The notes: a model not told the origin generated them from the sequence alone. A stretch of 63,993 bases of DNA, filler included, from Sphacelaria rigidula (GCA_964200075.2; 3 parts of 3 records of this genome joined end to end with filler, not necessarily neighbours in it); one strand, 5' to 3'. Shown: positions 37,399-50,982, counted from the whole stretch's first letter. Numbers and translations are program-made.

Positions 37399-39959
37399 TG
37401 ATCCCGTCCACGACCTCGGCTACGGGCGCCAGCGGCGTCAGTGACGGCGAGTCCGCACCGACGATGCCGACGGATGACGACGATGACGCGGAAGCGACGG
37501 GGGGTGTCCTGACCGGCGACGGAACCGGCTGTTGCTGCTGCTGCTCCTGCTGTTGTCGCTGATGAAGGTGTTGGTTGTTGGTTTTGTGGTGGCCACTGTG
37601 GTGAAGGTATGTCTCATCATCGCGAGGCGGCTGCAGAGTGGCGAGGGATACGCCGTTCTGACGGACGGAAGTTCGCCACTCCTGCGGCGTCGGGAGTCCC
37701 GGGGCCGCGGCGAGGGAAAGCTTGGAACCACCAATCTCGCCACTGCCACTAGGTTTCCGGCCACTATGCGTGGCGGTCATGGTGGCGGCGGTGATGTGTG
37801 CTGATAGGGGCTGCTCGATGGCCTTGGCAAAGCGAGGGGGTGTGGGAGACGTCTCGCTCAGGTGATAGCCTCCTGCTGGCTGATTGTTGGCCAAACCGTA
37901 CACAGATTCGATGGGAAAGCGGGCGTGAGGTCTCTTGGCCGCTGAGAAATCGACTGTTCCGCCACCCGCACGGCTGCTGGGGTGGCCTGCACTCCCCGCC
38001 TGACCTCCATTTCCCCCACTGCTCGCCCCAACGCCACCATTGCTACCCCTGACGTTGGCATCTTGCCATTTTGTGGCATCCGCTTGGACCGTGAGAGATG
38101 CGACAGGAGCCCGAGCCGGCAGCGTCTCCGACGCATCTTGGACGGACGGTGGGATAATAGGCGCGGCGGCAGCTGCGGCGGTATCAGAACAAGAAGTCGA
38201 GGACGGGTGGCGTTGAACGCCGGTAGGGGGGACAACAGACGGCGACAGCGATAATGAGGAAGTGCTAGGGCACCGCCGATGCCTGTCACGTGCAGCCGCC
38301 TTCGTGGGTGCGTGACAAGACTCGCCCGATGTCACCACTGTCGCCGCCGCGATTGCCTCTTCCTTCGGCGCACATTCTATTCGCCTATCTTCCACACCGT
38401 CGTTCGCAATAACGGTTCCAGAATCTTCCACTTTTCGTGCCCTCGCTCGCGCGTCTGCAAGCATAGTACAGATTTCTTCACGGACTTCGCCATCAACGCC
38501 TTTTCCAAACACTTCACCCGCTAGCTTCCCGCCGGGCCCCGGCAAAACGGACACGGCCACCCCTTCAGGTTGCTGAAGCAGCATTTCTACCAGCGATCGG
38601 TGACCTTCCCGCGCGGCAATGAACAGCGCCGTCGGGAGAGCCGGAGGGGGCGCAGCTTCAGCGGTAGCAGCGGTAGTGGCAGCGACTGGCTTCACTTCGA
38701 TCATTCCACCGCTTCCTCCTTTTGTTTCTGCTACGCTTACGGGCGTTACTCCACCAACATAATGAAATGCCTTACTTACGGAAAGGTTGGATGATGCACC
38801 GGCGGCTATGGACGCCCCTCGACGCAGCAACTCTTGGACCACCTCCAGGTGACCGTTCTGTGTGGCGAGGCACAGAGGCGTGAGCTCGATAGCCGTCCGC
38901 GCCTCTTTGTCGGCGCCGGCTTCGAGCACCTTGCGGACTATAGCCAAGTGGCCATGGAACGATGCTAGTGCGGGAAAAGCGATAAGGGATAAGGCAGCGG
39001 GAGGTCCTTTTGTTAAGTAGCCATCGCGCGCGGGGGAGGGCAAGAAGGGTCGAGTACGGTCAACTAGAATTGCCAAATCTCTTCTGAATTTGAAGGAGAA
39101 CTACACCCTGTCAAAATGGATGTTTGTGTACAAGCTTGGTACCAACACAGTATGTTCAGCACCCCATGGGGGAAAAAACAATACAACTATCCCTCCCCCC
39201 AACAAGAGCAGAACAGGGCCAAAGCATATCCCAAGAGTCTGAAGACGTCGAGAAAAAATATGGACTTTTGACACATTGAGTAGAGTACCGGGCACACCTG
39301 AAAAATGCAAACACGCTCCACTTACCCGTTGCGGGACGCTCGAAGGCTAGCAGTTTCTTACGGTATCTAGGTAAATTTAACAACAATGTTTTCTTGAATA
39401 AGGCAGTGCGCACTTCGCTACTATGGTAGCGCGCACGGTGAAAAAAGGAAACAGCACGGAAAAAATGGCGTTTGTGAAGCACGAAAAACACATTGGGGGC
39501 ATAACGACAATAACAACAACAACACACACCGTGGTGAAGGAGAGACCATTGGCGACCGTCGCGCACGTCCACATCACCACCACCGCTTAGATGCTCGCCG
39601 ACTCTCGCCAAGTCACCCGCGGCTGCCGCCGAGTGCATGTCCCCGTTCGACCCATTCCTGCCGGCCCCCGCAGACCGCTTCGTTCGCGTCGGTCCCATCA
39701 CCGACATCAGGGACCCCTGAACAAATCGACCGCTACCGCTAGCCCCCGGCGCCAACCCCCCGTTAACCTTAGCCTTTGGCTTCACGCCACCTCCTGTTGC
39801 TGCTGCTGTGCTGATGGCAATAAGGGGTGAACAAGATGAAGCACTTGGGACAGGCGCAGCCGATGCCGACAGGGTTGTCAACGAGGACAACGTAGACCGG
39901 CCTGCCAGCTGCTGCTGCTGTTGCTGCCGCCGCAGCGTGGTCTCATGATTGCGCCGCAT
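36228..39959 (-). CDS. Ankyrin-repeat protein with long low-complexity linker and coiled coil; exons 39530-39959, 36987-38964, 36228-36429; 3' end not traced
   Basis: Splicing rebuilds the ankyrin repeats MHSAAAAGDL..DVDVRD..WSLLHH|ASFHGHLAIVRKVLEAGADKEARTAIELTPLCLATQNGHLEVVQELL and TALFIAAREGH. Phases are consistent. Exon 3 is heptad-rich (LEETISELNMRLAGKDHDIAELRMQIDE). Confidence 0.88.
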
Positions 39960-40909
39960 CGTGGCGGTATCGGTGAGGGCGGAATCAGGGGGGGTTGGCA
40001 AGGAGAGAAGGCGGGGGGGGGGGGGGGGCGGCGCCGCCCGCCCGACGGCGGCGCCGCGAGGTAACTTCAATTATAGAAGTTGTTGAAGGAATCACTTCCG
40101 GTTGTGTTGCAGGTTGTGTGTTGACGCTGGCGGTTGCGAATGCAGACTACTGCCTTGTTCAACGTGCAACAATGTGCCTATGTAACCACGCTCCCCTTCC
40201 CCCTTGTCACACGCCTTGCGTTGATACAGCCCGACACCCCCTTTCCCCCGCAGCCGTTGCAAACGTTCCCCCTAGATGCGGCACGATCTCACGCTCTCCT
40301 TATTAGGCTCGCTACTGTAATTCCTCGAGGGCGAGGCGGCTCCACCGACACTCGCTGATGCACCCTTCCGCCTTTCCTGGCGTTCGCTCCAGTTCGCCCT
40401 CTCGCTTCTTGGGGTCGTGGATGGCTTGCCGATCAAATGGATAGGGGAGTTTTCAGCTTGCTCACCTCGAAGCCGACCAACGCAAGATGATATGTACCTT
40501 GTAGAAGCAGCTGCTGCTACTGCACAGGCAATACTGTACTGTTATCCCTCGCTCGCAACTACGGAATTGCACACCGAACTCCCCGTCTTCCTGTGCGACA
40601 GTCACCACAACACAGCACACCGCACAGACAGGACAGTGCACCCTGCGGTCACGCTCTGTACAAGAGAGGAAAACTTCCCTTAGATGTTTTCGCTCTTCTC
40701 CACGTTTCTTCTTGACCTACCCTACAAACAGCAGTCTTTGTACACGAAGAGCTCACGCCCGAGAGCAGTCCGCTCGGGACGCGGTCGGCGACCTTAATCA
40801 CCAAGATACCAAATGGGCTCTTGCGGTAGTCAGTAAGTAGTACGACGATTCGTTGTTGCGCCGGCCGCCGCTTCACAGGGATCAAACCAGAGCACCGACC
40901 GTCTGAGAC

Positions 40910-41458
40910 TCAGATATGGCGCAGAGTTTTGCTTCTACAAATATGGTTCTGTAAACTGTTGCGACGCCTCTCCTTCTGCTTCGCCTCCTGTCCGTGGTTT
41001 AGTGCTTCCGCCAACTCTGCAGTACTACTTATAGTTCGTTGTTGGATCCTTCTGTCATGCTCCAAAACCATTCCGAAACTCCTACTCGTACCTGTCACCC
41101 AGTTTATGCCAGAGGTCGATCACTATTATTTCTGAATCTGTCATCTGTTTTATCAGTATCCGCCCAAGGCATGCTGATGCTCTCATTTGTTTATTGAATA
41201 ATGATCTCTGAATATATGAATTAGATTAATCCACGTTCAATAAATGTGCAGAACAAGTGTGCGGTTGAACATGAGCACGATACATACATACGCACAGTAG
41301 TAGTAGGAAAAGCTTACAGGTCGGGCAGACGTCGGAGACCATTCATTACACAACATGCTGCTGCTGTCATCACGGGTGATGCTCGTAAAAAGAGATTATT
41401 GTCGGCTTTAGCATCGGAACCAATCCGGTGTTGAGGTTGGTCAGCCGGCGACTTTGTC
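40910..41458 (-). CDS. Probable last two exons of an unknown gene (~41317-41458, ~40910-41081)
   Basis: tttttcag| acceptor, CT|gtaagc donor, and a phase-compatible terminal exon SFGMVLEHDRRIQQ...KTLRHI*. Confidence 0.35.
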
Positions 41459-41964
41459 CTGAAAAAAGAGAGGACCGACATTATAAATGAGACTGAGCCA
41501 CAGGACAAACTATATAACGACGGTTTCTTCTGATTATGTCCTGAGTCGGTGTCTCTGTGATGCCCACTGGTGTGTATCCGTATCTACTCTGCTGCCCTGA
41601 ATCCCTTGGGCATTTTCCTTTTTATTCATCGCTTTACATTACGGGTGTTGTATTTCATCTTATTTGCTCTTTACTTTCCTCTTTCCCCCCCTCCCCCGTT
41701 TTTTCGTTCTAGGTCGGCCATTTATTTATTTCTGTGCTTTGCTCGTGTTGACTTTTGTATTCCTTTTTTTATTACGACTTAGTCTGCTATGTATGTCGTT
41801 CTGTTGGACTTTTTTTTCTCCTGTTCCTTTTTTTTTCAGGGTGCGTTTCAGTTTCGTTTTCTTGGGTATGTCTATCATGAGCCCACGACTGGACCCCTGG
41901 GGGGTCAGTTAAAGTGCGACAATCAATCAAACTATCAATCCTCTGATTCAACACGGGATTTTAC

Positions 41965-42524
41965 CAGGGCTCTTCACGTTACACGTTACACGTTACGTCA
42001 CAAATGTGACGTCGTATGAAAAATTATACACCACATCACGTCAGACTTTGTGGCTTCTTGAAAATCATACGTTACGTCACGTCACATTCTCTAACTGGTA
42101 TACGTCACGTTACGTCACAAAACAAAGTCATACGTTACGTCACGTCACAGTAACGTATTTTGAAACGTTTATTGTGACGTGTAACGAATAATATACGTTA
42201 CGCTTGTTACGTGTAACATATTTTGGAACGCTGTTGTGACGTGTAATGTTTATTGTGACGTGTAACGTATTTAGTACATTACACGTTACAGTGAACGTGT
42301 CAAAATGCATTATTGTGGTGTATGAAAAAATACGTCACGTCACGTCACATTTGTGATGTCTTGGAAAATTGTACGATACGTCACGTCACATTATTTCACC
42401 GGTACGTTACGTCACGTCACATTTGTGACGTATTCGAAAAACATGCGTAACGTTACATCACACTCTTGTGACGTAACGTTTGTGACGTGTAACGTACGTG
42501 TGACATATACCGAAAAGAACCCTG
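41965..42524. mobile_element. hAT-family MITE
   Basis: CAGGG...CCCTG termini, perfect 8-bp TSD GATTTTAC (41957-41964, 42525-42532), internal CGTCA/CGTTACA repeats in both orientations. Confidence 0.92.
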
Positions 42525-42619
42525 GATTTTACAAGCTAGTTGAGGATTTGATTGATTGATTGATTGATTATCTCACATTAGCTGATTGCAACAATCCAGG
42601 CCGTGGTCAGGAGCAGAAA

Positions 42620-42687
<68 letters not shown>
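42620..42687. repeat. (AAT)n microsatellite at the scaffold end
   Basis: Perfect trinucleotide run up to the gap. Confidence 0.95.
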
Positions 42688-42787
42688 NNNNNNNNNNNNN
42701 NNNNNNNNNNNNNNNNNNNNNNNNNNNNNNNTTAATTAATTAANNNNNNNNNNNNNNNNNNNNNNNNNNNNNNNNNNNNNNNNNNNN
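42688..42787. other. Artificial scaffold spacer
   Basis: N44-TTAATTAATTAA-N44. Confidence 0.97.
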
Positions 42788-42975
42788 ACATACTCGGTAC
42801 TCAATGCAGTACTATAAAATCATCGCCAAAAGTGCACCAATCGAGCAGCGGCGGTGCCTTATGTTACCAGGTTAGTTTGCAGTTCACAGCGATATGCTCA
42901 GGTCGTTCTGATTTGGAAACTTGAGGAGTTGTAGTGACGACAGAGAATGCTGGGTTTACTGCCGACCCAGCTCGT

Positions 42976-43755
42976 AGTTGTTTGGAAACAACTTGTTGTG
43001 CACGATCTTGGATCAGTACTTGTTTGGAAGCAAGTATAATAGTTGCGCACGATTCTGAACAGTTAGTTGTTTGGAAACAACTAGTTGCACACGATTCTGA
43101 ACACGTATTTGTTTGGTGGCCCGGGTAGTTGTCAACATCGTGAACACTTACAATTAGACCGTTGGCTGAGATCGAGCTCACGCATGAACATGTGAGCACC
43201 CCACGTACTCACACGCAAACACACGAAATACCAAGCACACCAAATGGCAGCTGTGCCACCAGCCGCCCTTACACCAGCACCAGCTGCTCCTCCACCAGCA
43301 CCAGCAGCAGATGGTGGCCAGCAAATGTGTTTGTGTTTCGATGTCGGAGGAGAAACGTGGTCGATCAAGTCAGTTGGACGTGATGCATACATGAAACATC
43401 AGTAAAGCGTAATCCTTGAACGTCTCATGCTCCTGCCCCAAATGATGTATGCCTTTGCTTTGCATCACACCGCATACTTCTGTCTTTTTCTTTATCCAAG
43501 AATAGGTCGACCTGATCTTTCTGGCCTACTCCCTGTCCTGCACAGATACGAGTTCACATCACTACTGTACAGCGTATTCATTTCTTCAACTATAGCCAAC
43601 TACCTGGTACTTGTTTGGAAACAACTGCAGTAGTCGCACACGATTCTGAACAGTTAGTTGTTCGGCAACAACTAGTTGCACACGATTCTGAGCAGTTGTT
43701 TGTTTGGGAGCAACTAGTTGCACACGATTTTGAACAGTTGGTTGTTTGAGAAACA
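42976..43755. repeat. Two blocks of a ~39-bp minisatellite (42976-43102, 43609-43755)
   Basis: Unit GTTGTTTGGAAACAACTAGTTGCACACGATTCTGAACAGTTA-like, tandem with no unique spacers. Confidence 0.85.
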
Positions 43756-43925
43756 AATATTAATACCAACCATTGTAGTTGTACAGGGTGTGCAATACTG
43801 CCACGTATGTGTAGCTTGAGGCCGCAAGTAGGCGTTGGCGCGACAGTACCGGCAATCCAAGGCCTTTTGTGCACTACCTGGCTTGAACGGATGAGTATGC
43901 GTGACGGTGAAAATCCTTTTAGAAC

Positions 43926-45601
43926 ATTCCACACCCTGGACAAAACAATATGTGATATATATTGCCCGCTCAATATGTCGACGCGTCGGGTGGTCAATAT
44001 ATATTGGGCGAGCAATATGATGGCACGAGAGAGGGTCAATACATATTGTGACGTCAATATGTCAAGGCTCGCGACATGCAATATATATCGACCGAACAAC
44101 ATATCACGACACGCGCCACCTCAAAATATATATATATATATATATATTGGCCGAGTAATATGTTGGTACGCGAAGGCACCAACATATATTTGGCGAGTAA
44201 TATACTAGCTGCCACACGAGGTCAATATATATTGATGATTCAATATACTCAACACCCGAAGCGCCAATACATATTGCCGCCCCAATATGTTGTGCATCAA
44301 TGCGTCATATATATATTGGGCGGACAATACACGAGGGAACTGACGGTCACAATACATACTGATGTAGCAATATATTTTGATTTTCAACATGTAGACTGGA
44401 AAGTGTATTGGAATTAGTATGGTGGGCAGTCCTATGTTCGCGGGCGCCATTCAAACATGTGTCACCACATGCCGAAAACGCTCAACATATTCCTCCGCAA
44501 GCGTGTTCAATATATATTGGCTGCATAATAGCTATGCAATGAGCGTGCGCAATATATATTGGAAAAACAATACTTTTGCGTGGTTTGCGTTCAATATGTA
44601 TTATGGTAACAATATGCTACGCATCGCTTCAACTCAACATATCTATTGATACTTCAATAGATACACAGCCGGCATGCACAACATATATTGAATGTTTTAT
44701 TCCCGGAGCAAACGCATGTCCAATATATATTGTCATACATTACTTCATGATCATGGCACGAGCAATATATATATATATATATATATATTGTTGCTTCAAT
44801 ATCTCCGAGGACATCTCAACACAATGTATATATATATTGAAAGGGCACTACTTGCGCTAGCTCCAATAGAAGGTATTGGTATCGTATTGGAACATATTGT
44901 ATTGTCCAGGGTATAAGCAACACAGCCCCGGTGACCACAGGGGCACCAAAAGGCGCATATCGACCCGCGTTTTATGTCATCGTGATGTTTAGCCAAGATA
45001 TATTAATTACATGCTGGGAAGGGGATGGGCGGCCCCGCACCGGTGGCTAAAAGGGCATCAGGAAACATATATACCGGGTCGGCTCTTCTGTCAACATATT
45101 TTCTGACAAGTATATATATATATATACCTATGTGTCAAACGCATTCGACAACTCTCCGTAGAAATGCACGCGAACTTCTGCTGCTCCCCTTGAAGCTTTT
45201 CCCAATCTACACGGGCTCCGGCATCCATCGCGTCTCTGGATCTTTCTTGAAGCGTACACCATAGTTATAGTATCCGATATATATTGACCCGTCAATATGT
45301 TCTCACCAATGCGACCCTAATATATATTGGCCGTGCAATATGCTGTCGCCCACGCTGCCCCAATATGTGTATATTGATGGGACAATATGTGTTCATCCCC
45401 ACAGTACCAATATATATATATATATATATATTGGGCGAGCAAGATGTATGCGGTCCCACGACATCAATATGTATTGGGCGCGCAATACGTGTGCAGTCCG
45501 AGGGTACCAATTTATATATTACGCCGGCAATATATCGCAAAATTCGAATATGATCGACTAATATATATCGAAAACATATTGTATTGTCCAGGGTGTGGAA
45601 T
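43926..45601. mobile_element. TIR element(s) filled with CAATATATATTG palindromic subrepeats
   Basis: ACCCTGGACAA.ACAATATG at 43933 is inverted at 44893-44912 and 45575-45594. Confidence 0.7.
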
Positions 45602-46449
45602 ACAATACACAGCCGGCGCGGAGGCAGTGGCAGATGCTGGCGTCTAACTCGGCCCGCTTATCGGCCGACGCTCACAGCAACGCAGATAACATGCACGTTT
45701 CAGGCTTCGTCATATCTTTGATGTTGCTGCCCTTGGAGTTTCTACGCCGTCTCGCCCAAGACGTGGCCGTACAGCCGAGTCCAAGACAAGAGTGTCTGCT
45801 ATCAAGGGCCGCTGTTAATCTGTCCGGGCAGGGGGAAACGTCCCCTTCCACAGCACAGTAGCACAAGATCTGTATAGGACATCATGACAGACTGACTGCG
45901 AGAGTAGCGATTGCCCTTCTCTTTTTCTATCAGATTCAACCTGCGGTTTTTATGGGCATGGCTTGCACGTGAAAATCTTGACCTTTTATCCGCATGCACT
46001 TGATCGACGTTCTGCCGCCTTCTTTCCCGTTTCACTTGCTCTCAGAATGTGACGGGGAGTAATTTGCAATTTTGACCGACTGATCGCGGGTTTTCCAGCC
46101 CTGCCGAGGCGTGGTTCGCGTCGTACTGTCAGTACGGTACTGCCGGCTCCAAGCACACAGTGTCAACTTTGTCCTACATCTCTGTAGAACATATACAATG
46201 TGTATTAAGCGCTTCGTCCCTCCGCAGTGACGTGAATCCTATAGCCATCCCGGCGCCTCCCCCATGGGCGTCATTTGTATTGCCAGCTTTCTATGCTGGT
46301 GTGGACACCTCTCTCCCAAGGACTTGTGCCACTCCAAACCGTAGCACGTTGCACGCCGCGGAGCATGACCACTTCATATGTGAAAATTCAGCGATCCGCG
46401 CCCATAACATGGACAAGGAATGACACTGAACGGTGAAGGGAACAGCTCC

Positions 46450-47100
46450 AGAGTTTTCGACAGCAAAGAAATAAGTACTTCGTAACAGTTAGATTATCGA
46501 GGCAATGTTCTTTGTACGGAAGTGGAGGAAATTTGTTCGCAATGTGACTGATTTCCCGACGGGTTTGTGCCTCGTGAGGAACATTTTCCGCGGGGCGCCT
46601 GCGATGCAGTCGCCGCCGCGGTTACAGAAGGAAATTCCATTCGATGATCCGGAACTGCGTGAACTTGCCATGCCAGGTACTACAGAAGTCAATCCCCGTT
46701 GCTGAAGGAAGTGAGGGTAGGCGCGTGTGGCATGTCACTCCGCAGGGAGCGGTACAAAAAATTGCGTATGTTGGCTACTATTTGAGGAGAACTTCATTGA
46801 CATGTGCCAAGAGGGAGATGCCCCTGACATGACGAGACCACACTCGGTGTTACCCGCTGTACTGTTTTACATTGTGATAGCGGCGACTTTCAAGTCCTGC
46901 GCGACCTCGTCAAACGTCCAAACAGCACACGATGATTTTTGCGAAAGTGGTACAGCATCTCATAAAGCTCTTCGACCAACTCAAGCTTGATAGGTTCAGC
47001 AGGTGGCCCATCAGGTCCCATCCCTCTGCCATTCGCCATGGCTCTCAGTGCCTCTTTTATTGCCAGGCACGCAGTAAGGGTGAACATGGTTTTGGACCAT
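46450..47100 (-). mobile_element. RTE LINE reverse-transcriptase fragment
   Basis: EALRAMANGRGMGPDGPPAEPIKLEL..EMLYHF is collinear with EALRAVATRKVTVPDSLFADLLKLGL..EILYHF at 13085-13200. Confidence 0.75.
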
Positions 47101-47769
47101 CAGCAACGTTTGACCGCGAATCGCAGAAGTTTAGCCGACAGGATGACTGATGAATGTGGCTGAGTTGAAGCGTTTCAGATAACCAATCCGCGTATGAACC
47201 CAAGATATAAATTATTATGAATGCTGCTCAAGAAGGCCGTAGTTTCATCCCATCCCTCACTTGTGCCTTCGTAGAGGTATGATTACAGGTCTCAGCGTGT
47301 GTCGCGCCGAGCTTCCGTCTCGGTTTGGTAAGGCGCCTGTCGGCCAGATAACCCGAAAACCATGCAATTATTTAACGTCACAGACACAACATGGATGATT
47401 TCTGTGTAATTCATGGATTTCGGGACAACGTACGTGAATATGACATTTATTTCTCTCTTTTTTTTCCCTCTTCTCCCTTTCTCTTTTTCCCCTTTCCACC
47501 CCCGCAGTTCAGTTTATTTGTTTTTTCCTCCTTTGTTGATATTTCCCATCCCTTCATCGAGTTTCCCCTCGCGAGTGCTACTGCTCATGCGTCTTGGCTA
47601 CCCCTGTCTTATGATCACCGGTGGATTTGGGTCGTACTGCTGTTTGTGCCACACCACTCAATCGATTGATCCACCATTCAACCACTCAACGTGGGTGCTA
47701 CGCGACAACGATACGTCCTTCCCTACTCATACCACAGTGTTATCGTAAATTTCGGACAACTTGTCACAG

Positions 47770-50700
47770 GCGCTGATTGTAAGCCGCCTGATGGAGAAGG
47801 TACAAGTGAGCAGCAAACGGAGGAGCAGCTGTCTGCCCTGAGGGACAACTTGGCCAGAAAGGGAAAAAACAGTTACTACTACGCTCACAACAGGTGGGGA
47901 AAACGTGTTCTGTCGGTACGTGTTTTCAGGCTGTTGAGCAACAAGCGCGATCGGGAGAGGAGAGCGCCCTTTTTATTGCTGTTCATGAGACACTAATCAC
48001 GTCGTTCTCTTGCATGCTGTCGACTGTGAATGCTTTAGTTTTTCAAGATACCGTAGCCTGCACGGTGTAGGCGTTGCCAGGCTCCATCATGTTGAGTTTT
48101 ACCGCCTGGCGCCGCGACATAACCCTCCTGGCAAGCATACCATCCTGCGGGGCAGTACCCACACCCTTGTGGTCGCTCTCCAGGCCGATCATTGTTGTGA
48201 AGACTTCGGGACCCCCCCCCACCCTGTCTTTCAGTTTCTGAAGGTGTCGTGAATAGTAGTACTAACGCCAAAGGATATTTGTCTAACCCATACATAGATA
48301 CACACACACACATATATCGCCGTTTGTTGTTCTCGTCTCGTCCTTGTTAACCGGATTCAATCGCCGGCCCTCGTGGCTCGGTGGCGCGGATGTATATTGC
48401 CTCGAAAAATTCAGTGCTTCAACGTAGCTTCTTTTTTGTGGCGTTGTTTCGGGTGCCGTGGTCCCTACCTACACCTCATATGAAACGGGACAAAGTTCCT
48501 CCCACCACAAAGAAAAGAGTACGAGACGGCATGTTTCTGAACAGCCCATCCGCACCTGCAGTAAAATGCAGTGCATTTCGGCTTCGGTTGCAATATTCCA
48601 TTGGGTTCAGTCAGAAAGCTACCGGCGATAATTTACCCCGCCACCGTGGAGAGCGATACGTTTCGTGTAGATCGAGACGTAAGGAACAGAGAAGCGTACA
48701 TGGATGTTTTGAGACTTCACGGAAGGGCACGCAGAAACGAGATTTGGAACGTGACCATGATCCTCGGCAGTATTGTTCAACTTTGAAACAAGCAGGAAAC
48801 ACGATGGACCGCACTGAAGCGTCTGCATAGCATTCCTCGAGCACTCGACAACCATCATGCCGCTGTGATAAAGGCGACCTTCGCTGGTGCAACCCCATCT
48901 ACAGCTACTTTGAGTTCAGCCGGTGATGTCTGGCCAATTTCGTGTCATGAGTTTTGCATGCAAGCGATATCGCTGCTATAGTGTAGTGTCTCCACATGAC
49001 TCAAACTTCATGTGCTGTCTGTGAAATTATCGAACAGTATGGTATTATACTGTCTGTAAAGGTTGTATATGGCACCCAACTTCCCTCGTACACGTTATCT
49101 TGGGCGACCTCCAACTCGTTTCTCACGCACACACTACCGCACAGATCTTGGTTGCATGCGATGGCCATCTGGTTCTCCACAGTTTCAATTGTGAGTTGCA
49201 CATGACGACAGCGCGGTGTACGCATTGCGCGCGCGCCATGGGTGATTTGTTATGTACTGCTGTGTTGTCGTGGAAATTTGTAGTGAGGACCAGGTCCTCT
49301 CCAACAGCTTTATACCGTATATCTCCTGGGGGCGGTAAGGAAGCCAACCTGTATTACCTCCACAAACAAGACCCCGCACTGTCTTGAGATCCTGTCCACC
49401 GAAAGATCTTGGGACGAGGTATATTTGAGAACGCAACGTGGGGCGACGTTGGAGCTTGAGCTCACGAAATAGTGCAGGTCAGGCATCTCACCGCGCAGGG
49501 TGATGTACACTGTACCCTACGCTGCACTTCCTCTCACATTGTCCTCCCCTCATTTATCGTTTTCATGATCGACTGGTTGCTACGGTTGCTGAAGAGTCAT
49601 GGACATACCTTCTTGGGACGGTCGTCAGGCGCCGCGTCGCCTCGCTACAGGAGATCCCGTGCCTCAATCGAAGGTACACCGTTGAAAGTGTGGACAGCCT
49701 TGCTTCTCAGGCGGTCTAGACGTATTATGCAGCGAACGGAACTCTGAATCGCTGCTTTTCCAAGTTGAAGTCTCACCTGTTGGTATTTTCCGCACGAGAA
49801 CCATGGAACGCTGACAGCTGTACTATACAGTGCATCGATGCTTCCACCGGCGGCACTTTCTAATTTCACGCCATGTTGGCAAGCGACTTTTTCTCTCGTA
49901 GACTTGACTGTTTTCTGGTAGCTCTTTGTTGTTTGGTTGCTCCGACCCTTTGTGCTGTTGTTAACCATGAGAAAATATGATCACATTCCAACCTCGAATA
50001 ACGTAGGCGAACGTTTGGCGGTCAGTTCTGCTTTAGTACATTGCATCCTGTCCTCTACTTCGCTGATGCTCCTGTGTCGTCTGGTGTGCCTGTGCTTCAC
50101 GCGTCGGACAGATCATGACCCGTCTGAAAATTACATCCTTTCAGCGTACTGATCCGGATCATGATCCAGATCATTTGCTCCCCCCCCCTTTTTCCATGCG
50201 TGCTCCCTACAGCGCCGGACGCCGAGCACGCTAAGTGGCGCAAAGGTTGTGCTTTTGCTTTTCCGGCTCCGCGGTCACATATTTGGTGTTTTTGGACCAA
50301 CTGATCCGAAAGGAGTCTTTTTTCTTCATCAATTATTTCAGAGGGATCATGATTTGCCCGACGTGTGTTGTTGAGATATTTTGGTCATTTCTTTCATCCT
50401 CTCCCCCCCTCCACATCTCCCGTTCTCAGGATCGGCGTCGGTTGGCAACGACGCTGTACAACACGCCTAGGTTATATTGTGCGGGATGAAAGACCTCAAT
50501 TCCGCGCAAAGAGGATGATCGTACTACGTAGTGTTGAAATGATGAGACATCTATGAGGCAATGTGGAACCCGTGGCTGTCTCTGGATGTGCTGGTACCAG
50601 AAAATGACGCAACTCATTTGAGGCTGCCATCCATATGCAAGATAATCAATACGCTTCGGGCGAATGAATCTTTGCGGAATGCAACCCACCCTTCATGCCA

Positions 50701-50982
50701 CTCGCCGAACACATCACCGCGCTTCGCGCTTGGGGATTGCGAGCCTGGTCCGGCGGAAAACCCGGCGTGCTCCGTTGTTGGGTTGTAGGGATACGAGGTC
50801 AATTGCCATATGACTATGGCATGTAAGGTCATGAGCACCCCCTCCTCCCTTCCCCCTTCCACTCCTTCATTCAGCGTGCAGAAAAAGTGACAAATTACGC
50901 TTGGGCGAACGAGAAGTCGAAGGTTAGGATCTACGTGCCTTTGGAAGGATGCGGCTCCATTGATGACGATGCTATCTCCCTG
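47770..50982 (+). CDS. CS/p23-domain (calcyclin-binding-protein/SGT1-like) co-chaperone; exons 47770-47893 and ~50875-50982, others untraced
   Basis: LSALRDNLARKGKNSYYYAHN and KVTNYAWANEKSKVRIYVPLEG (CS-domain start, Y-W-x6-V-IY), both bounded by canonical splice sites. Confidence 0.7.

Noticed and set aside
38965-39076. N-terminus of the 697-aa ORF
   Set aside because: Intronic read-through. The acceptor at 38964 restores the ankyrin repeat with the upstream exon.
42620-42687. Telomere at the scaffold end
   Set aside because: (AAT)n microsatellite, not a TTAGGG-type repeat; it probably caused the assembly break.
42976-43755. CRISPR-like palindromic repeat GTTGTTTGGAAACAAC
   Set aside because: The intervening sequences are copies of each other, not unique spacers. 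There are no cas genes and the context is eukaryotic, so this is a minisatellite.
43807-45647. Ile/Tyr-rich ORFs
   Set aside because: Translations of ATATAT-rich TE subrepeats.
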